Source: a virus. Taken from it: a stretch of DNA of 64,000 nucleotides. The stretch covers positions 1 through 64,000 of the IMG/VR virus record IMGVR_UViG_3300045012_000181; one strand, written 5' to 3'. The translations under genes and the position numbers were made by a program. How positions within the stretch are numbered: the first letter of the stretch is position 1; every line of letters begins with the position of its first letter. Under the pieces are notes generated by a model. It did not search any database and was not told where the DNA came from. It saw only the letters and a program-made list of their open reading frames with translations. Positions 35,493 through 44,375 of this stretch are shown here, in pieces.

Positions 35493-35849
35493 TTAGATTC
35501 CCAAGAGCCTACGTTCCTCTGGGGTAAGCTTTTTGAGGGCCTTCTTGCGCATGGAGAGCCTGTCGGCCTCCTCCCGCTCACGCTTGAGGCACTCGCGGTC
35601 CTTTAGTTCATGCTCTTTAATCCAATTCCGGGTCTCCTTGCTCAAATTATTAATAGGGTAAATGCGGCTGCCATCTATGTAACCAGACAATTCGCAGGCC
35701 ACCCGGGTTACACGCTCCAGTTCCACACGAAGACGGTCCGCGTCTTCGGCGTCGTAATCAGACCTACAAGGCATCTCAGCACCTCGAAAATAGCGTAAGG
35801 AATTCCAACTTAGTGCGAGCGTAATCGCCGGGGAAGGCATTCTCACCAT
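35493..35849 (-). CDS. hypothetical phage protein
   Basis: MPCRSDY...WIKEHELKD...ALKKLTPEERRLLGI; true start probably internal. Confidence 0.6.
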   Translation of the reverse strand: MVRMPSPAITLALSWNSLRYFRGAEMPCRSDYDAEDADRLRVELERVTRVACELSGYIDGSRIYPINNLSKETRNWIKEHELKDRECLKREREEADRLSMRKKALKKLTPEERRLLGI

Positions 35850-36002
35850 GCTTAGTTGCAGCGCTCTGTGTGGCTTCGTATAGACCTAAGGCATCAATGG
35901 GTTTCTGCGTCAACTCCCATTGTACACGGCTGTCGTTTACAATAGCGTCCGTTGTGTTTTGGTCGATGCCCGAGCCCGCAAGCCACAAAACCAGATTAGT
36001 TT

Positions 36003-37451
36003 TCATGTTCGTACGCGCTTTCGAATGGTATCGAAGTCCTCTCGAATCAACAACTTACCGTTGCTAAAAATCTTCTGGAAGGCACAGTTGTTAAGGGCTG
36101 CGGGCAACTGTTCATCTACGACATAAAGACCATCGGCCTTGCTGCTGTAAACAGCCGGAATGCCCTTCAAGGAGGCCTTGCTAAAACCGCCTTCGGCCGT
36201 AACGGGCTTCTTGAAAATATCCAGAATTTTGCCCGAACGCCTGACCGCAGTGGCCTTCATGGCGAATCCGTAGGTATCACGGGTGACGTATTCATAGGTA
36301 TAGGAACCTATTCCGAATACGATGTTAAACGGGCTCAGGCCCATCTTCACACAGCCCTCTAGAATGGCATCCGCACGCTCCAATGAGATGCCGTCGCCGT
36401 AAATCAAACCGGCTTTGTTGATGTGTCCGGCGCCGTCCGTGCCCAGCGCCCGGCGTAGCAGCTCTAAGGCCCCATAAGCCGCAGGGTGCGTGCCATAGGG
36501 TGCGTCGGAGTCGCCCAGCATGATCTTAACAGGGTCTCCGCTGTCCGGACGGATTACAACCTTGCCGTCCCGTGCGAGGATTTCCTTGCGCAGGGCCGGA
36601 ATGTACTCCATGAGAACCTTCCAAAGGTCCCAAGTATCCGATACGATGCTAACAATTCCAGTGGGATAGGTCTCCGTTATGAGACGCCTGAAGGTCTCGA
36701 ATTCACCATCCATACCACCGGCGCACATCACAGAATGTTCAGTGGCAGGGACGCTCCCACCACAGCTCAAGGGGGCATCATAGAATTCCCTAGCGGCCAG
36801 AATCGCGGGTATGGTATCCGTGCCGTTGAAGCTCAATAGATGACCCATACCGGAGAACATGGCGTCCTCCAACCCACTCATACCCCGATAGGAGAAATCG
36901 TGGCCCTGCCAATCCACGAAACTCAGGTCCTTCTCGCCAAAATTCCGGGCGTGCTTGATGAACAGTTCCCGGAAGCGGGCTGCTGTAGTTGCGGAGGTGG
37001 TGGACTTCCAGAGCGCATTAGATAACGCGGTCTCAAGAAAATTCGGAAGCCAATAGGCGCTATCATTGGTATTGGTTATGACAAGCATGGGCACGCCCAG
37101 CGGAACACGGGAGCCCTCCGGCAAGGCCCAAATATCCAGCGGAAGGTAGCCCAGTTCCCAGAGCCTTCTTATGTGGTCCAGTTTGGGCTCTTTGAGGCCC
37201 AATGTGGCCAGCACGAATTCCCTGTATTGTTCCGCTATAAGACTCCAACTCTGTTCAAAAAATGCCGGCTTCCAGCGCATGAGATTGTTCTGGATGAAGG
37301 CCCTTGCACCGAACCAGCGCACGTCCTTCTCGCCGGGTATTCGCGAACTGCGGGCCGTCCAGTTGGACCAGACCTGTTGCGTATCGGTGGGATATTGCTC
37401 CCAATGGTGAAGCTTATAAAAATCCGCGTGGTAAAGCGGTGAAGGGTTCAT
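36003..37451 (-). CDS. nadV: nicotinamide phosphoribosyltransferase family protein (NAMPT / Namat-like)
   Basis: ADFYKLHH, HDFSYRG, GTDTIPA, PATEHSVM, SIVSDTWD, VIRPDSGDP, IYGDGI, FGIGS, TRDTYGFAMKAT. Confidence 0.93.
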   Translation of the reverse strand: MNPSPLYHADFYKLHHWEQYPTDTQQVWSNWTARSSRIPGEKDVRWFGARAFIQNNLMRWKPAFFEQSWSLIAEQYREFVLATLGLKEPKLDHIRRLWELGYLPLDIWALPEGSRVPLGVPMLVITNTNDSAYWLPNFLETALSNALWKSTTSATTAARFRELFIKHARNFGEKDLSFVDWQGHDFSYRGMSGLEDAMFSGMGHLLSFNGTDTIPAILAAREFYDAPLSCGGSVPATEHSVMCAGGMDGEFETFRRLITETYPTGIVSIVSDTWDLWKVLMEYIPALRKEILARDGKVVIRPDSGDPVKIMLGDSDAPYGTHPAAYGALELLRRALGTDGAGHINKAGLIYGDGISLERADAILEGCVKMGLSPFNIVFGIGSYTYEYVTRDTYGFAMKATAVRRSGKILDIFKKPVTAEGGFSKASLKGIPAVYSSKADGLYVVDEQLPAALNNCAFQKIFSNGKLLIREDFDTIRKRVRT

Positions 37452-37454
37452 AGA

Positions 37455-38315
37455 CTAGTCTCTCCCACAGTTGTTGCACTCGCAATCGCACTCTTCGGAT
37501 TCGGGCATCTGGATACTGTATTCCGAGGTGAAGACCTGCTTGAAGTGCTTCAGCAACACGGCCCTGCCCTTGGAGAAAATTCCATGGCTCACGTACAAAT
37601 ACAGTTTCAAGTCGGGATTGATTTTTAAGAGCGCCTTAGCCAACCCAATAAAGGTTCCGCCGCCGTCGCAGATGTCGTCTATAATGAGGGCCTTCTTGGC
37701 GCGCTCCACTTGCGGCAGGTCCTCCCACCACACACTGAAGCCGCTGAGTTTGCCCGTCTTGGCATCCCGTTGCTTTCGACAGCAGGCCGTGGGCAAGCTA
37801 TAACGCAGGATGTCATAACGCTTATCTGAGCCTTCATCCGGCAAAATCAATACGAGGTCCCTACGACCCAGTTTCCTTATGATGGGCTGAATTTGGTCGC
37901 ATTGTCTATCCGTGGGATTGAGGTTGGCCAGATTTTCAAACAAATTGTGCGCCACGCCACTGTGCACATCAAAAGTCCAAACCACGCTGAAGTTCAAATT
38001 GTTAATCAACCGGGCCCAAACACCCAGGCCATGACTATCCCCGCCCACGAATCGACGGTCCGCACGGGCATAGGGCATGTAGGGCAGGAATAGACTGGAA
38101 CGCCAGAATCCGCCGGCGTGCTCAAGGGCGTCCTTGAGTTGGGCCAGTTCTATGATATCCGGGATGGGGTTGCAGATAATCTCAAACTCGTCTTTGCCCT
38201 TCACAGCGGCCAGCCCTTTGGCCGTTAGCCGGACTTGGATTTCGCCAGCTGGATAGTGGATTACGCTGTAGAGCACGCCCCGGTCTTGGGGGATTTTGAG
38301 GGTGAGTTTTTTCAC
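37455..38315 (-). CDS. prs: ribose-phosphate pyrophosphokinase family protein (Prs / Adps-like)
   Basis: YPAGEIQVR, LPYMPYARADRR, DVHS, PDEGS, IIDDICDGGGTF. Confidence 0.92.
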   Translation of the reverse strand: MKKLTLKIPQDRGVLYSVIHYPAGEIQVRLTAKGLAAVKGKDEFEIICNPIPDIIELAQLKDALEHAGGFWRSSLFLPYMPYARADRRFVGGDSHGLGVWARLINNLNFSVVWTFDVHSGVAHNLFENLANLNPTDRQCDQIQPIIRKLGRRDLVLILPDEGSDKRYDILRYSLPTACCRKQRDAKTGKLSGFSVWWEDLPQVERAKKALIIDDICDGGGTFIGLAKALLKINPDLKLYLYVSHGIFSKGRAVLLKHFKQVFTSEYSIQMPESEECDCECNNCGRD

Positions 38316-38968
38316 CAGCCAGCCTCCAACTTGTCATGTGGCACGTAGACTTGTACCTGCGAGCGCACTTCGTTTTTAGGTGGACGCTCGTTACCCAATG
38401 TTAGGCGTACGAAGGCTCTCCAACCATCCTTGGTCGCGGGCATACCTCTGTGAAATGTCATACTATCGAATTCGTAAAGACCCTCGGAATACGCAGTGGC
38501 CGCATGCCCTGAATATACATCCTTAGGAAGGTCGTTTATGAGAGTGTTATAGAAACCGTACACAGGACCGGACCCCTTTGGTTCGGGCATCTGCAAGGGG
38601 AAATCCAAAAATTCCGTGAGGCTGGCATCACCGTAGAGCACCATGAAATGTCGGGAGTTGTGTGCCGGCCAAAGATTAGCCAAATCCGGCTGTCCGCCAG
38701 TTGGTCGGTAGAAATCATCACAGTGCCAACCCGGTATGCAAGGATACCAGCCCTTCTTTAGCATGGTGACTTTCACATCCAGACTTTGGTACTTGAAGGA
38801 AAAGGGGTTCACGGGCAGGTGGCTTATGAAGTCCCATAGGAGCGGAGCCTTTTTTAGGGCGAAGGCCACATCTGCCCTATAAAGCATGGGCATGGTGCGA
38901 ATTTGCTCCTGTGTTAGGAAGAAGAGCTTGCGGTTGTGATAGGTGAATTTGTTGGAAAACTCAATCAT
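38312..38968 (-). CDS. putative 2OG-Fe(II) oxygenase-fold protein
   Basis: PGWHCD (HxD), FHRG, WRAFVR. ATG at 38968 is coupled to the upstream TGA. Confidence 0.65.
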   Translation of the reverse strand: MIEFSNKFTYHNRKLFFLTQEQIRTMPMLYRADVAFALKKAPLLWDFISHLPVNPFSFKYQSLDVKVTMLKKGWYPCIPGWHCDDFYRPTGGQPDLANLWPAHNSRHFMVLYGDASLTEFLDFPLQMPEPKGSGPVYGFYNTLINDLPKDVYSGHAATAYSEGLYEFDSMTFHRGMPATKDGWRAFVRLTLGNERPPKNEVRSQVQVYVPHDKLEAGW

Positions 38969-39198
38969 TGAAAGTTCACCGGCCCCCAAGGGCATCGAAT
39001 TTTGTCCTGAACCCATCCCAGTCCTATTACTGCATAGATGCCACCAAAGGCCAATAGAAAAAGTGGTCCCCACAGGGGCGAAAGCAGCGCAACCAATATC
39101 ACGCGCATCCAGTAACCGCAAGCAGAAGGCACACGGAAGGAGTTTGTGGTAAAATTCCGCCAAATCCAATAGTGCCAGCTTTGTTTGGAGATGTTCAT
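38965..39198 (-). CDS. small membrane protein
   Basis: Hydrophobic segment; coupled to 38968. Confidence 0.55.
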   Translation of the reverse strand: MNISKQSWHYWIWRNFTTNSFRVPSACGYWMRVILVALLSPLWGPLFLLAFGGIYAVIGLGWVQDKIRCPWGPVNFQ

Positions 39199-39227
39199 TT
39201 TTGTGGCTCAACCGCTCAAGGAACTCC

Positions 39228-39584
39228 TTAGGATTTCCTAACCAACGTCGAAATCACCGCCACCAGAAACACTCCCACGGCCAGCACGCAGAAAATATCA
39301 CCCAGACTGTAGCGCGCCCAGTCATCGCCATAGACATCAGCCAGGAACTTTAGGTGCGTCTGCGGCGTCAGAACCACATGCAGATGGTCCGAAGGCGGTA
39401 TGAAGGGTCGAAATCCACGCATATCCACGGGCATGTGACCATCGTTGGCCGCGATTACCAGGCCGTTCATCAAACCAGCCAAAGCAGCCAGAGCCGTAGC
39501 CACGCCCGGGGCCCATCGGCGCTTACGCCACAGATACCAGGTGGCTCCGAGGGCCAGCAGGGTGGCCAATATTTCGCTAGTCAT
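39228..39584 (-). CDS. DUF5317-like membrane protein
   Basis: NGLVIAANDGHMPV...H...LADV...SLGDI. Confidence 0.75.
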   Translation of the reverse strand: MTSEILATLLALGATWYLWRKRRWAPGVATALAALAGLMNGLVIAANDGHMPVDMRGFRPFIPPSDHLHVVLTPQTHLKFLADVYGDDWARYSLGDIFCVLAVGVFLVAVISTLVRKS

Positions 39585-39615
39585 AATAAGAGGGCCGGGT
39601 TCCGAGGCCCGGCCC
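39585..39615 (-). terminator. probable terminator after Ro60
   Basis: GGGCCGGG/CCCGGCCC stem followed by UCUUAUU. Confidence 0.45.
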
Positions 39616-39686
39616 AGTAGAGACGGCCTTCTTAGGTACTGGCGGAGACTCTTGTTTTACGCCCAGTGGGCGAATTTTCCCACGCT

Positions 39687-41081
39687 TTAGTCGCGGGAAG
39701 CCTGCTTTTCTGTAGTCTGGATGTAGTTCAGCACGGCCTCAGACCAACCATCCACGTGGGTCCATGGGCCATATCCAATGCCGTTCTTGTACGACGCGAC
39801 ATTGATAAAATAACCCTGTTTGGGCATGCCATTGTAGGATGGGTTTCGGATGGCCTGGTGGCTCTGCTCATCCGTAATCACGACGATGCGGTCGTAGGAT
39901 TCCTTCTGCGCAAGCGCCAAGGCATCATCGGTGTGCGTGGCGTTGTGCGAGGTGGCGTTCTGGATGGCATCCCTCAGAGCAAAACCCCTCCGAGCCGGCA
40001 CCAACACGGGGTTCACGGAGTAGCTGATTACGAGGGCCTCCTCACAAATCTCTCGCAAAAGAATGGCTAGCGCACAGGCCGCGTCCGAGCGGTCCATGTC
40101 GGATTTCGCGGAGATTTTGGCGCCGTACATCGAGCCACTGTTGTCCACCACGATGCAGGTCTTACCGGGGAGCTTTTCGAAGCCCTCCAGAGAGCGCAAC
40201 ATGGCCTTCTCCAGCTCGGGTTCCCACTGCGGTACATATCGAGCGGCCGCCACGAACCTGAAGGGCAGGATGCGGTCGGTTTTCATTTCCAGCAAAGAGC
40301 CCCGGATGAGCTTCTCGGAGACACCGGCCTCTTTCATGTTGCGCAAATTGCGAATAAGGGCCAGTCCACCGAGCTTGTTCTCCGTAAGGAGGCGCTCCCA
40401 AGATTCCCGTTTGGCTTCGCCCTTACCGGCAGACAACTCAACCTCCCAAGTATCAGGAGTGGCCAGCTTGCCGTCAATCAGGCGCTTCCACAGTTGGGCC
40501 TGCGGCAGACCATCGCGTTCGGCCTTGGACATTCCCACACCCCAGCCCTCAGGTCGCGGATGCACAAGGAACAACACATCCCGTAGTTTGATGGCATTAT
40601 CGCGATTCCACTTCGCAAGCTGATATTCATTAAACTTCTGAAATGCCCTTTGGAGGCCCTTTTGGAGCTGGTGGGAAAGCCTGTTGAGTTTCTTGGTTCC
40701 GGTGCGCTCCCGACTGTAGATACTTAGAATCTCGGCCAGCTCGTCCGCACGCTGGATGATGCAGGCCACCAAATCCGCAACGACGTGCCTGTGCGTCTTG
40801 TGCTTGGCGCATTCCACAGCCAACAGCAGTGGAACATGGCGCAGATGCATGCGCTCACGGGCCTCGATGGCGATTTGCGCCACGGTCTCAGCGGGGACCT
40901 TAGGTACGAGCTCGCAGATGCGGGCCGCGATAGAGACGCCGCTTTCATAGAATTCGGATTCCCATAGCAGGCAGCTCATCACGCTTCGACGCAACTCCTG
41001 CTCAGGCGTGGCGTGCTGGTAGGCCGTTGCGCCTTCGAATGTGAGCTTCTTGGGACGCAGTTCCTTTTTATTTAGGTTCAT
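39687..41081 (-). CDS. rsr: Ro60/TROVE RNA-binding protein with vWA domain
   Basis: ELRRSVMSCLLWESEFYESG, YQLAKW, LRDVLFLVHP, TPDTWEVELS, LALIRNLRN, ILPFRF, VVDNSGSM, VITDEQ, INVASYKNG. Confidence 0.95.
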   Translation of the reverse strand: MNLNKKELRPKKLTFEGATAYQHATPEQELRRSVMSCLLWESEFYESGVSIAARICELVPKVPAETVAQIAIEARERMHLRHVPLLLAVECAKHKTHRHVVADLVACIIQRADELAEILSIYSRERTGTKKLNRLSHQLQKGLQRAFQKFNEYQLAKWNRDNAIKLRDVLFLVHPRPEGWGVGMSKAERDGLPQAQLWKRLIDGKLATPDTWEVELSAGKGEAKRESWERLLTENKLGGLALIRNLRNMKEAGVSEKLIRGSLLEMKTDRILPFRFVAAARYVPQWEPELEKAMLRSLEGFEKLPGKTCIVVDNSGSMYGAKISAKSDMDRSDAACALAILLREICEEALVISYSVNPVLVPARRGFALRDAIQNATSHNATHTDDALALAQKESYDRIVVITDEQSHQAIRNPSYNGMPKQGYFINVASYKNGIGYGPWTHVDGWSEAVLNYIQTTEKQASRD

Positions 41082-41099
41082 GTGCTCTCCTTAAAAAAT

Positions 41100-41184
41100 G
41101 CCCGGGAATCAAGCGAATGCGGTTATGCCTGTTAGGGCATTCTCATTTTCAGTAAGAAGTAACCGCACTCTAACGTCACCGAGC
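41100..41184 (-). ncRNA. Y-RNA-like RNA Y1
   Basis: GCUCGG-U-GA-CGUUA-stem ... stem-GCUUGAU-UC-CCGGGC, UACUUC motif, followed by a U-tract. Confidence 0.7.
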
Positions 41185-41430
41185 CCTTACACGGTCTGGA
41201 ATATGCAACTGCAATAGCTTCACAACCTCTACAAGTTCGTAGTCACTAGTATGTGGGTAGTGTCCATGGCCGATGTCGCGAACGTATTCCACGGAGCGCA
41301 TCTGCGCCATTGTGGGATTGCGTTTTAACAGGTCCGTCAATGACAACTCTCTAACGTGTTCAGCTATACCGTAAACAAAATCTGTTTCGTTAGCCTCTCT
41401 GCCGCGCTTTACATACTCCTGAGGTGTCAC
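41176..41430 (-). CDS. hypothetical protein within the Y RNA cluster
   Basis: GGAGG RBS, natural composition. Confidence 0.55.
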   Translation of the reverse strand: MTPQEYVKRGREANETDFVYGIAEHVRELSLTDLLKRNPTMAQMRSVEYVRDIGHGHYPHTSDYELVEVVKLLQLHIPDRVRAR

Positions 41431-41446
41431 CGGGCCTCCAAAAATA

Positions 41447-41548
41447 CACGGGCATCAGGCGAACTCAGAAATTGTGGGGTTTGAACCCACCACCGGCCCT
41501 TGCGGGCCAGTTCTTGACCAGAAGTATCTGAAGTTCTACGGCACCGTG
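41447..41548 (-). ncRNA. Y-RNA-like RNA Y2 with T-arm-like hairpin
   Basis: CACGG-U-GC-CGUA ... GCCUGAU-GC-CCGUG, AUACUUC, GUGGG-UUCAAAC-CCCAC, GCAA-capped stem. Confidence 0.78.
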
Positions 41549-41561
41549 TTCAAAATTAAAG

Positions 41562-41645
41562 CCGGAAGGGCAGCGACGTTTCTACGGCATTGGAGGATAC
41601 CACCTATTCGATGGTAGACGTTATTCACCCGCGCCACCCATCCGG
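41562..41645 (-). ncRNA. atypical structured RNA X in the Y RNA cluster
   Basis: CCGGA/UCCGG and GGGUGGCG/CGCUGCCC closing stems, internal UGCCGUAGA, U-rich 3' end. Confidence 0.5.
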
Positions 41646-41669
41646 TTGGTACTTTGTTGCAACAAAAAT

Positions 41670-41803
41670 CGAGGAGCATCAGACGATTGGGGTGTCTTTT
41701 TGACAGGCGCTCTCCCAACTGAGCTACGGTCTTGCGACCGACGGGGCTCGAACCCGCGACATCCTGTTTTACATGAAGTATCCCGCAATCTACGGCATCC
41801 TCG
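41670..41803 (-). ncRNA. yrlA: YrlA-type Y RNA (tRNA mimic) Y3
   Basis: Bulged terminal stem plus permuted tRNA-like domain: T arm GCGGG-UUCGAGC-CCCGU, acceptor-like CGGUC-GCAA-GACCG, D arm UAGCUCAGUUGGGAGAGC, ACAGG/CCUGU connector. Confidence 0.88.
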
Positions 41804-41814
41804 TTGAACTCAAA

Positions 41815-41880
41815 GGTGGCGCAACAGGCACCCAAGGAGTTTTCATCCATTAGAAGTATCCATGGGTTACGGCAGCCACC
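41815..41880 (-). ncRNA. minimal Y-RNA-like RNA Y4 (66 nt)
   Basis: GGUGGC-U-GC-CGUA-ACCCAUGG-AUACUUC ... UUGGGU-GCCUGUU-GC-GCCACC. Confidence 0.75.
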
Positions 41881-41923
41881 CGGAGCGTAGCTCCGTTAAA
41901 ACCATCCGTCGCATAAAAATCAT

Positions 41924-42025
41924 GGGCACAACGTCTCCCGATTAGTGCTCTCCCGCTTCGGAGCTGTCGGATGCGCCCTGCGGGCTGTGTTCTTTGACGC
42001 AGCCAACGACCTGTAGTACGGCCCC
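41924..42025 (-). ncRNA. degenerate YrlA-like RNA Y5
   Basis: GGGGC-CGUA ... GUUGU-GCCC, D-arm-like AGCUCCGAAGCGGGAGAGC, T-arm-like hairpin, followed by a U-tract. Confidence 0.55.
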
Positions 42026-42039
42026 GGTCGCCTCGGAAT

Positions 42040-42330
42040 TTAACGCTGCACAACGACTTGCGAGGCCTTCTGAGTTTCCAGGGCCTTACGAATCTCAGTG
42101 CTCATATACTGCAGGGCCTTGGCTTCGGCCTCAAACTTAGCGGCCTTGACTTCAGAGGCCTGTTGGTCAGCGGTGCGTTGCTCGGCCAGTTTCTCGCGTT
42201 GCAACTCCACATTCAGGGCGTGTTCGGCCCGACGCATGACATTGCCGTGCAACGTACAGACCATGCTGGCCAGCGCAATGCTCGCTGTCATTCCAAATGC
42301 GCCCAGCATAATACAAGGTGTTATGTCCAT
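42040..42330 (-). CDS. membrane-anchored coiled-coil protein
   Basis: GAGGAG RBS before ATG at 42330; TM helix then heptads. Confidence 0.6.
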   Translation of the reverse strand: MDITPCIMLGAFGMTASIALASMVCTLHGNVMRRAEHALNVELQREKLAEQRTADQQASEVKAAKFEAEAKALQYMSTEIRKALETQKASQVVVQR

Positions 42331-42433
42331 GGTTTTCTCCTCAAAATCGAGCGCCTTTTGGTTCTCTGTTCTACATATCAACCCGGCCCGGCGCTTAACA
42401 GGCGCTTTCGGACGCTCTACCAACTCAAAATCA

Positions 42434-42520
42434 ACGCAGGGCATCAATCGTCTGGAGCGGTGCCTCCTTGACGGAGGCGCTTCTTAACGGGAAGTAGCTC
42501 CAGGCATACGGCACCTGCGC
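42434..42520 (-). ncRNA. Y-RNA-like RNA Y6
   Basis: GCGCAGG-U-GC-CGUA-...-CUACUUC ... GAUUGAU-GC-CCUGCGU, followed by a U-tract. Confidence 0.75.
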
Positions 42521-42643
42521 TTTAGAATCAAAATTTGTTCCAGAACCAAGTCAAGGCACGCCTCACCAGCGTATAGAGGCCCCAGAGTGCCAGCAGTAGC
42601 AAGCCCGTGCAGAAACCAAGGGCTTTCACGCCTTCCTGAGACA

Positions 42644-43054
42644 TTAGTGCTTCACCGGACTGGGAACCGTATTCGCGGAGATGTCAAAGAGCACTTCATC
42701 CACTACGTATTCCCTGCCCCCGGGGCAAAGGGCCTTGGTCGCGGTCACCACAACATCCGGGCTGAGAATGGCCGCTTTTCGAATAACAGTGCATTGCAGC
42801 AGCCCAAGTGGGGGATTGTCCGAGCCTTTCAGGCGGCCCATGCCCAACGTTGGCGTCATGAGGGGCTTGAAGTATGCGTGCCCTTCGCGTTCGCGCTCCA
42901 TATTGAACCAAACTTTCCCGATAACAATTTCCTGGCCGGGGAAGTCCAGCACCTGTCCAACACGCCATTGTCCTCCTAGAGGCGCATCAGCACACAAGAT
43001 GGCGCTGCCGGTTAACAAGAGGGCCCCAGTCCAAAGTGCTCGCAGGTTGTGCAT
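42644..43054 (-). CDS. exported hypothetical protein
   Basis: Signal-peptide-like N-terminus. Confidence 0.55.
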   Translation of the reverse strand: MHNLRALWTGALLLTGSAILCADAPLGGQWRVGQVLDFPGQEIVIGKVWFNMEREREGHAYFKPLMTPTLGMGRLKGSDNPPLGLLQCTVIRKAAILSPDVVVTATKALCPGGREYVVDEVLFDISANTVPSPVKH

Positions 43055-43497
43055 CTAATTTCTCCCTCAATAAAGTTCTACAACAGGCCTTACAGATAAT
43101 CCTTCCGTGCGTGGGCAAATGGCTTTCTTGGATGTCTTCGGTTGAGGTCCCTTGGCACAGCAGGCACTTGTAATGGAAAAGCACGCTAATTCAAGCCCCA
43201 AGTCAGTAGTAGTGTCAGGCAAATCGTAGTACCCAAAGTCAACAATCCTCCGCAGAAGCAAATAAATACGGTGCCTACAAAATCCTCCCGAATGTCACAG
43301 GCCGCGGCGAAGGTCCCAAGCGCACTAGCACCGAGGATTAGTGTTCCCAGAACCAGCCAAATCGTGCCCAGTACGTGCCAGAAGTTCATAGCAGTCTCAC
43401 TGGTGTTTGGGCTTCAGATACGTAGCAATCTCACAGAGCTTCCAATAACAGACCGTCAGCATGCAGCAGAGGAAACCCAGACAGAATCGAATTATGT

Positions 43498-44037
43498 TCA
43501 TGGCAGCTCCAGAACATCCCTAGACGGAATGGAAACCCTTTGTCTATAAACCCAACGAATTCGCGGAACGCCAGCGGGTCTTCGGTGCAGGCAATGCAAA
43601 TTGTGAAAAATCACAATTTCGTAGGGCCTAGGCTGGTATATTTCGTCCTCGTGTTTCCTGAACGCTGCCACACCATGTTGGTTGGTCCACTTGATTTCCG
43701 TTGGGTGATTCGAGGCCCAGAGCACGATGGCGCAATCAGGCTTGGAGCCCTCTTGTAAATCGCCATCGTAATGAAATGACTCGGCCTGATTTGTTTTGAA
43801 CGTACGACGCCGCACCTCAGCGTGCAAGACCTTGCTGACCCAATTACGCCCCGTGAGTTCAAGCGGTCCATGAACTGGATCATAATGCGGAAGGAGCCCA
43901 AGCTCGCACGTCAGGTCCGTGAGCTCTCGCCCAACAGTGCTGGCTCGCCATTTGGAGGGCTTGTATGTGCCAAGAACCAAGTAGGGTTTCACTTGACCTC
44001 CAAATCCAACCTTTTCACTACAAGGAAATTCTTCCAC
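43498..44037 (-). CDS. putative 2OG-Fe(II) oxygenase-fold protein
   Basis: SFHYDG (HxD), IVLWAS, LHRRP, RWVYR; start uncertain. Confidence 0.6.
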   Translation of the reverse strand: MEEFPCSEKVGFGGQVKPYLVLGTYKPSKWRASTVGRELTDLTCELGLLPHYDPVHGPLELTGRNWVSKVLHAEVRRRTFKTNQAESFHYDGDLQEGSKPDCAIVLWASNHPTEIKWTNQHGVAAFRKHEDEIYQPRPYEIVIFHNLHCLHRRPAGVPRIRWVYRQRVSIPSRDVLELP

Positions 44038-44318
44038 GTGCCGGCCTCTTTGGAGGCGCTCTCGTAGACAAACTGCCCATGCAGGCCCTTCCAGACGGGC
44101 GGCACACCATCCATTAGATGCACCGTGAATAGTGCATGCTCCTCAGTCTCTATAATCACATAAGAGCCCTGTGAGCCGTCGCGCACGACGATTTCGCGCA
44201 CGTAGCCCTGCGTGCTGATCCAGTAGCCCATAGGGGCTGGAGGCTTGGGCTGACTCTGGGGCCCATCGTCACAGCCACCTAGAAGCAGGGCCCCTAGTGC
44301 TAACAGTGGAAATTTCAT
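43989..44318 (-). CDS. lipoprotein
   Basis: MKFPLLALGALLLGGC lipobox-like signal. Confidence 0.7.
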   Translation of the reverse strand: MKFPLLALGALLLGGCDDGPQSQPKPPAPMGYWISTQGYVREIVVRDGSQGSYVIIETEEHALFTVHLMDGVPPVWKGLHGQFVYESASKEAGTWKNFLVVKRLDLEVK

Positions 44319-44375
44319 AGAACTGTTATCCCGCCTTCGCCATTGGCCATCAGGAACTCTGTGATGTCTTTGAGC

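Noticed and set aside
41700-41765. tRNA gene
   Set aside because: The T arm precedes the D arm, the acceptor-like stem is closed by a GCAA loop, and there is no anticodon loop or CCA end. This is the YrlA tRNA-mimic layout, not a tRNA.
41100-42520. CRISPR mini-array suggested by recurring GAAGTA...TACGGCA words
   Set aside because: Repeats are not identical, spacing is irregular, and each unit is a self-closing stem. The Cas4-like nuclease at 4442 is a common stand-alone phage exonuclease and no other cas genes are seen.
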